A stretch of DNA of 64,000 nt from an uncultured Candidatus Saccharibacteria bacterium (GTDB taxonomy: Bacteria; Patescibacteriota; Saccharimonadia; CAILAD01; BJGX01), in contig CAZKFZ010000002.1 in assembly GCA_964552475.1 (NCBI GenBank), forward strand, positions 134,160-198,159, read 5' to 3'. Of this stretch, positions 58,372 through 64,000 are shown in pieces. Positions within the stretch are counted from its first letter, which is position 1. Each line of letters opens with the position of its first letter. The notes below the pieces were generated by a model, which was not told the DNA's origin, searched no databases, and saw only the letters and a list, made by a program, of their open reading frames with translations. Both the position numbers and the translations under genes were made by a program.

Positions 58372-61188
58372 ATGAAAAAAACACAACACAAAAGTGGAGT
58401 TAGATATGCATTCATACTAGTCTTTTTTGGCTTGTTGTTTTTTGCTGTTCTATACCTTTTGAGCCAAAAAACAAACATTGCCCATGCTGCACCCGATAAT
58501 ATTATAATTAATGAGCTGATGTACCACCCCCTCTCAGACCTAGATAATGACGACTACATAGAACTATATAACCCTACGGTCAGCCCTATTGATATTTCGG
58601 GTTGGTGTTTTACAGCCGGAATAACTGGATGTTTTGCAAATGGTACCACTGTAGGAGCTGGACAGTACATCATTGCCGCCAAAAATATTGTGCAGGCTCA
58701 GACTACCTATGGTGTAACGGCAGTGCTTGAATATGGCGGTAACCTGTCTAACAGTGGAGAAACTATAACCCTTGCAAATGCTTCTTCTGTAACAGTAGAT
58801 ACCATTACTTATAGCGATCATTCACCCTGGTCGGCAAGTCCAGACGGTACTGGCCCGTCGTTAGAGCTCAAAGATCCTAATCTCGACAACTCCCTACCCA
58901 CTTCTTGGTCGGCGAGCATTAACTCACCAACACCCACAGCCCAAAATAGCGTAGTAAACACCAATCTACCATCTGTAACTATACAGAACAAACCCACTGG
59001 TATTGCGGCCAATGCTAGCGCTAACGTTACTGCAACGGTAAGCAATGCAGCTACTGTAGATTTAATATACCAAGTAAATTTTGATGGCGAACAAACTCTC
59101 ACTATGTATGATGACGGTGCGCATGGTGACGGTGCTGTAAGCGACAACGTCTTTGGCGCCACCATACCTGGACAGCTGGCTGGAAAGTTAGTGCGTTACA
59201 AGGTGTCGGCCACAAGCATTGGTGGTAGTGCTACAGCGCCCAGTAATGACGACTCTTTAGATTACTTTGGCTACGTGGTGCAAGATCCTAGCCAAACTGG
59301 AACTACGCCAATATTGCAATGGTTTATTACCGACGCAAATTATACCAGCCTTATTAATGAAGATGTAAACGCCAAAGTATACTACCCTTGCGTGATTGCT
59401 TATGGAGACCAAGTATTTGATAACTCCCAGATACGCATAAAGGGTGAATACTCGGCTACATTTGATAAGTTACCTTTCAAGGTAAAACTACCTAGCGGGT
59501 ATAGCATTGAAATGCCAGGCACACTTACTACTCCACTAAGTGAGTTTCATCTAAACTCTGATTTTCCAAATAACAACTATGTGGTGTCACTAACTTCTTG
59601 GCGGGCTTTCGAGCGAGCTGGGTTTACTATGCCACAGATGGAGAAAATACAACTTCAGCGTAATGGCTCATTTGAGGGAGCCTATACCTTGGCTGAAAAA
59701 TACGACAAAGAATGGCGAGACAGAATGCCGCTCTATAGCACTGGCAATACATATGAGGACTATTGGGAGAAGAAAAACCCTAGCGATAACGACAGAGCCG
59801 ACATAGAAAGTTGGCGCACTAATATGAGTCAGGTATATAGCGAAGCAAAACGTGAATATGTTTTAGACAACAATAATATACCTAATATTATTAATTTCAT
59901 GGCCACTGCCGCGATACTTAGACACCACGACTGGAGCGCCGAAACCAATGTATTAGAATTTCATGATACAGCCGGTACCGGTCGCTGGAGTGTTCTACCT
60001 TGGGATTTAGATCTTGCAATGCAACAGCTTGTTCCTACCGATAATCCTTCGGCTGGTTATGGTGATATGATAGACCCTAGCGATACAGTCCCGTCTGTAA
60101 GTGCCGATGCTAGGTTTTTTGCACGTTCTATCTGGGAAGATCCTGAGCTAAAAGAAATGTACCAACGAAGAATAAGAACCTTAGTTGAGTCTATTTATGG
60201 TGATAATTGGATTCAAAATACGGTAGATATTGAATATGCCAAGGCTCAAACAGCCGCCGAGCAAGACTACACTAAATGGTACAATTACGAGTTCACCACC
60301 AAAATTCAGCCTATTATTGATTTAATCACTGGCCTTGGCTTTGACACAAATAGTCCCGAGGTAATACAGGGATATACCGAACAGTCTACAGGAATGCCTA
60401 TGGCTGATTTTCCCGACCCAGTTACTGCTATAGCCCCCCTCACTCCGGCTAACAGAATTGCTGTATTAAAACACCAGCTTACTCTACGAAAAAATGCATT
60501 TTTGGGAGACTATGTAGATAGGGGCCTTATACCTGGTGCCCAGCCCAGCGATGCCAAAGTGTTAATTAATGAAATTAATTACAACCCTATTGGCGGCCCC
60601 AACCACGAATATATAGAATTCTATAACTCAAATAATTACGCAGTAGACATGTCGGGCTGGCAGATAGAGTCGATTGGTCTAACCTTGCCAGGCGGTTCGG
60701 TAATAGCCGCCGGTAGTTATGCCTTAGTGGTTAAAAATGATCCTGCTTTTAGAGCACAATATGGTGGTGGTAAATTAATACTAGCCGAATACTCGAGTGA
60801 GTTAAATAATCAATCAGCAATACTTAATCTTACTAATTCAAATAACCAAATTGTTGAAACAGCTAGCTATGGTATAGTAAATACCCCTACAGCTGAAAGT
60901 ATTAGCTCGTCTGGCTCAGTTAGTAGATCTTCTGCTTCATTTCTTGGCAGTTCGCTTGCTAGCCTTGAGGCTAGCTCACTAACGCCAGGAGACAAGAACC
61001 CAAACGAGTGCGAAATGGTCATAAATATTTGTAGTGATAGTGATTCAGAAAATAATCAATCCAATCAAGATGTTCTACGCAAAAATACACCCTGGAAAAC
61101 TATAAGCTTATATATTGCGCTCGTGGCTAGTACTACTCTAGTAGTGGTTGGTAGTGTAATTATTTACTTCAGGCTGATTAAAAAGTAG
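58372..61188 (+). CDS. Exported CotH-family kinase flanked by lamin-tail domains, with C-terminal TM
   Basis: Signal (AHA); LTD IIINELMYHP...YIELYN; MYDDGAHGD motif; CotH IRIKGEYS, K.PFKVK, HHDW...N, PWDLD; second LTD INEINYNP. Confidence 0.85.
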   Translation: MKKTQHKSGVRYAFILVFFGLLFFAVLYLLSQKTNIAHAAPDNIIINELMYHPLSDLDNDDYIELYNPTVSPIDISGWCFTAGITGCFANGTTVGAGQYIIAAKNIVQAQTTYGVTAVLEYGGNLSNSGETITLANASSVTVDTITYSDHSPWSASPDGTGPSLELKDPNLDNSLPTSWSASINSPTPTAQNSVVNTNLPSVTIQNKPTGIAANASANVTATVSNAATVDLIYQVNFDGEQTLTMYDDGAHGDGAVSDNVFGATIPGQLAGKLVRYKVSATSIGGSATAPSNDDSLDYFGYVVQDPSQTGTTPILQWFITDANYTSLINEDVNAKVYYPCVIAYGDQVFDNSQIRIKGEYSATFDKLPFKVKLPSGYSIEMPGTLTTPLSEFHLNSDFPNNNYVVSLTSWRAFERAGFTMPQMEKIQLQRNGSFEGAYTLAEKYDKEWRDRMPLYSTGNTYEDYWEKKNPSDNDRADIESWRTNMSQVYSEAKREYVLDNNNIPNIINFMATAAILRHHDWSAETNVLEFHDTAGTGRWSVLPWDLDLAMQQLVPTDNPSAGYGDMIDPSDTVPSVSADARFFARSIWEDPELKEMYQRRIRTLVESIYGDNWIQNTVDIEYAKAQTAAEQDYTKWYNYEFTTKIQPIIDLITGLGFDTNSPEVIQGYTEQSTGMPMADFPDPVTAIAPLTPANRIAVLKHQLTLRKNAFLGDYVDRGLIPGAQPSDAKVLINEINYNPIGGPNHEYIEFYNSNNYAVDMSGWQIESIGLTLPGGSVIAAGSYALVVKNDPAFRAQYGGGKLILAEYSSELNNQSAILNLTNSNNQIVETASYGIVNTPTAESISSSGSVSRSSASFLGSSLASLEASSLTPGDKNPNECEMVINICSDSDSENNQSNQDVLRKNTPWKTISLYIALVASTTLVVVGSVIIYFRLIKK

Positions 61189-61316
61189 ATTTGATTTATT
61201 AAGCCTTTTGCCTACTCCCTCCAATGTATGGGCCTATTCTAATTAAAACTATAAGCGCTAGACAATAGGTTAAATTAATTTTGAGTATGATTGCGGATAT
61301 TTATAGTTAGGGTAGA

Positions 61317-61874
61317 CTAACTAACTGGCTTAGCTACCACTACTACTCTACCGTCAGCACTACCTTTTTCTGTGCAGGTATAAATAGTTAGCTTAGCTTC
61401 TCCACTGCTATCTTCTATCTCGGTTTGGTTGGGCTTTACCTGAAACACTTTTTCTACCCGATATTTATAATCGTTATTATTCCAGTGTACTAATACTTCT
61501 TCGCCTTCTTTTACGTCTTTGAGACTATAAAAAAAAGATTTTTCGGTGACTTCGCCAGGAGTTTTACCCCAAACAAAGCTGTGAGCACTGAGTATAAAAT
61601 TGCCGCCAGTCTCGGGGTTGCCTCTATCTGGAAATCTATGCCAAGCACCTTTGTCTAGCTGTTCTTCGCCGCCCTCAGTTATTAGGGTATTAATATTATG
61701 ATTAGAAATCTTTACATAGTTCTGATTCTCACTAAAGCTAATATTTGAATTTTTAGAATAAAATCCTTTTAATTTTGGAGAAAAATACAGTATTAAAAAA
61801 TAAACACCAAATAGAATTAGCAAAGACGATATGATTATTAAGAATATCTTGGTATTATTTCTTTTTTTCTTCAT
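61317..61874 (-). CDS. Sortase, close paralog of 54528-55085
   Basis: NFILSAH, LTIYTC, GRVVVVA. Confidence 0.93.
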   Translation of the reverse strand: MKKKRNNTKIFLIIISSLLILFGVYFLILYFSPKLKGFYSKNSNISFSENQNYVKISNHNINTLITEGGEEQLDKGAWHRFPDRGNPETGGNFILSAHSFVWGKTPGEVTEKSFFYSLKDVKEGEEVLVHWNNNDYKYRVEKVFQVKPNQTEIEDSSGEAKLTIYTCTEKGSADGRVVVVAKPVS

Positions 61875-61934
61875 AAGCAATAATCTAGACAACTGCTTGG
61901 TATATTATAACAACTATTCTGTTGAGATCTAAAA

Positions 61935-63869
61935 CTACAGCTTAGGTCGCCACTCTTTTGGGTGGTAGCGGCGGCGAACAATTAAAAATCCTGCCCCGCC
62001 GGTTAGAAGGAGTAAGGCCGATACAACAATAAGTGCAAGAGCTGGTTTGCCGGTTGGTGCTAGAGTAGCTGGGGTGGGAGTAACACTACCACTAGGCACA
62101 AGATTACCTTCTACTAATGCACCAAACTCACTAGTGTGACCAAAGCCATCATTGGAGTTGTCGGTCATAGTAGTGGTAGCAGAGATAAACTTATTACCTT
62201 CTACTCCACTAGGCAGTGTAAAGGTTGCTGTTTGGCCTGTGACGTCACCAGCTACGTTTTGGTAGCCTAAGAAAGTCTGTCCTTCACCGTAGCCCGATGG
62301 GTCGGCTGCATCATTAGCAAAGAACTCTATATGATAGCCCGTAGCGCCGGCTTCAGCGTCATTAATATCTAGATCATAGTTGATAGTTACTTGACCATCG
62401 GTGGAGGTGATGGAGTTGATGACTGGGAAGTTCATGAGATGGTTGGATGTTATGTCTGGATCGTCAGCATCATTGAGAGTAACTCCAAGACTTGTGTATG
62501 TCACAAAATCGTTGGTATTACCTAGCAGATCTATACCAAGTGTAGATATACCACCCCCAGAGTTGTTGTATATCTTGTTACCCAGTAATGAATTATTAAG
62601 ACCTCCAGATCCGGCCAGACTGGTCGCTATGACACCTGCACCGTTTCCAGCTATTACATTGGTTTGATTGCTATTTGTACCACCCACCATATTATTATCA
62701 CTAGCAAGAAACAGTAAGCCTGCGTTGGTATTACCAACTCCAGAGACTTCACCATTCATATTGGTGCCAATATAATTGCCTTGAATAGTATTATTTGAGC
62801 CTCCTATTAATAAACCAAGATTATTGTTTCCAGAAATAATGTTTCGAGCAGCTTCGGTATTACCTCCAACAGTATTGCCTCCTCTCATTGAGATACCCAT
62901 ATTAGAGTTACCTACGTCGGTAAGTCCATTATAGCCTACACCTACCAAGTTACCCTGTACTATGGTTCCATCGCCAGCTTCCATACCCCCAGTTCCATTA
63001 CCTGATAAAACATTTGCAGCACCGGTAGCTGTTCCACCTATGATGTTTCCAGTTCCACCAGTATTTACACCAATACCGTTAGATTCGTTGGGCATGGCGA
63101 CTAATCCAGTAGCATCTACTCCCACATAATTACCCTGTATAGTCCAATTATCACAAACATCACAAATACTAATGCCTTCATTGCCATTCGGGCCGCCAGC
63201 ATCGTCGTTGCCAGATATTAAATTTCTATCGGCTGGATCTAGTCCACCCACCACCCCATTGTCTGCAGAGAACCCCGTGCCAGTGCCTATGCCTCTAGCT
63301 TCGTTACCAAGGTCAGATAGACCATCTACGCTGGTACCTATGTAATTACCTGTAATTGTAATGGAGTCTGCTGCTAATATACCAATCCCGTCAAATGCGT
63401 ACCTGTTTATAACCATACCTTTTACCGTACTGCCAGCACTGCCAGTATCAAAAGTAAGCCCATTTACATTGGGGCCACCTGCGTTTTGACCGTCGAGTTC
63501 TATCACCATAGTGCCGTTAAAGGGGTTGGGGGCTACAGCGGTGTTGGCTACCCAACCAGATTGGGTAGTGCCGTCTATAGTAACTTGGTCGGTGATAGAA
63601 GGTAAGGCACTAGTGGGTTGAATAGTGTGTACTCCAGCCCCGGCAATATTAAATGCTATGGTGTCAGCTACCCCTACGCTTGCATTGGCATCCAATATAG
63701 CTTGGCGAAGAGATCCGGCACCAGAATCGTTGGTGTTGGTGACAGTGATAGTTGCAGCCTTAGAGGTATGGGGCTTAAAAAGCAATACTCCAGAAGCTAG
63801 GAGGTAAGAGAGAATGATTACTGTGACAGATAATATACTAAATACTTTTTGGATATTTTTGGTTTGCAT
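61935..63869 (-). CDS. Beta-helix repeat surface protein B (644 aa) with LAPTG sorting signal
   Basis: Colinear paralog of protein A; tail LAPTG-TM-RRRYHPKEWRPKL as in protein C. Confidence 0.9.
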   Translation of the reverse strand: MQTKNIQKVFSILSVTVIILSYLLASGVLLFKPHTSKAATITVTNTNDSGAGSLRQAILDANASVGVADTIAFNIAGAGVHTIQPTSALPSITDQVTIDGTTQSGWVANTAVAPNPFNGTMVIELDGQNAGGPNVNGLTFDTGSAGSTVKGMVINRYAFDGIGILAADSITITGNYIGTSVDGLSDLGNEARGIGTGTGFSADNGVVGGLDPADRNLISGNDDAGGPNGNEGISICDVCDNWTIQGNYVGVDATGLVAMPNESNGIGVNTGGTGNIIGGTATGAANVLSGNGTGGMEAGDGTIVQGNLVGVGYNGLTDVGNSNMGISMRGGNTVGGNTEAARNIISGNNNLGLLIGGSNNTIQGNYIGTNMNGEVSGVGNTNAGLLFLASDNNMVGGTNSNQTNVIAGNGAGVIATSLAGSGGLNNSLLGNKIYNNSGGGISTLGIDLLGNTNDFVTYTSLGVTLNDADDPDITSNHLMNFPVINSITSTDGQVTINYDLDINDAEAGATGYHIEFFANDAADPSGYGEGQTFLGYQNVAGDVTGQTATFTLPSGVEGNKFISATTTMTDNSNDGFGHTSEFGALVEGNLVPSGSVTPTPATLAPTGKPALALIVVSALLLLTGGAGFLIVRRRYHPKEWRPKL

Positions 63870-63915
63870 AACAACTTTATGAGTATTGTAGCAAATTTGT
63901 TATGGTTAGGGCAAA

Positions 63916-64000
63916 CTAGCTTACAGGCTTAGCTACCACTACTACTCTACCGTCAGCACTACCTTTTTCTGTGCAGGTATAAATAGTTAGCTTAGCTTCT
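63916..64000 (-). CDS. 3' end of a further sortase (continues beyond window)
   Basis: Manual translation ...EAKLTIYTCTEKGSADGRVVVVAKPVS-stop, same as the end of 61317-61874. Confidence 0.9.
   Translation of the reverse strand, partial: EAKLTIYTCTEKGSADGRVVVVAKPVS

Noticed and set aside
52546-63869. Diversity-generating retroelement (TR/VR) explanation for the near-identical C-terminal blocks
   Set aside because: Differences are mostly synonymous and involve all bases rather than adenines only; all copies lie within full genes; no reverse transcriptase in the window
1-64000. UGA recoding (code 25 of Gracilibacteria/Absconditabacteria)
   Set aside because: Conserved genes are full length under code 11, and pyrB, the pilin and ruvA end at TGA

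Overview
Gene-dense, AT-rich bacterial chromosome segment, standard genetic code, mostly minus-strand. Gene content (RpfB next to ksgA, RNHCP, DUF5652, short HrcA/TsaB/ProRS, PilM/pilin, ComEC, sortases, glycolysis genes, no biosynthetic operons) suggests Patescibacteria/CPR, probably Saccharimonadia-like (inference). Housekeeping genes: ksgA, pcrA, ppa, tpiA, pyk, pgk, proS, hisS, pyrB, mgtE, HU, rny, tsaE, ruvCAB, yebC, comEC and hrcA-grpE-dnaK-dnaJ with CIRCE, plus 8 tRNA genes. Most notable: (1) an alternating array of sortases and large beta-helix surface proteins with LAPTG/VAATG sorting signals and a conserved KEWRxK tail, with an exported LTD-CotH kinase embedded (52.5-64 kb); (2) a candidate polyamine-derived signal cassette (ornithine decarboxylase, GNAT-like protein, DUF2156 transferase, orphan 7TM histidine kinase); (3) ~163-bp structured modules behind three tRNA genes, each ending in an 18-bp copy of the tRNA 3' end; (4) four tandem ATP-grasp ligases including a RimK-RimB fusion; (5) a T-box riboswitch upstream of an M14 hydrolase-proS operon; (6) a 100-bp tandem covarying RNA motif with micro-ORFs. 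All calls were made by eye from motifs; no database searches were run.
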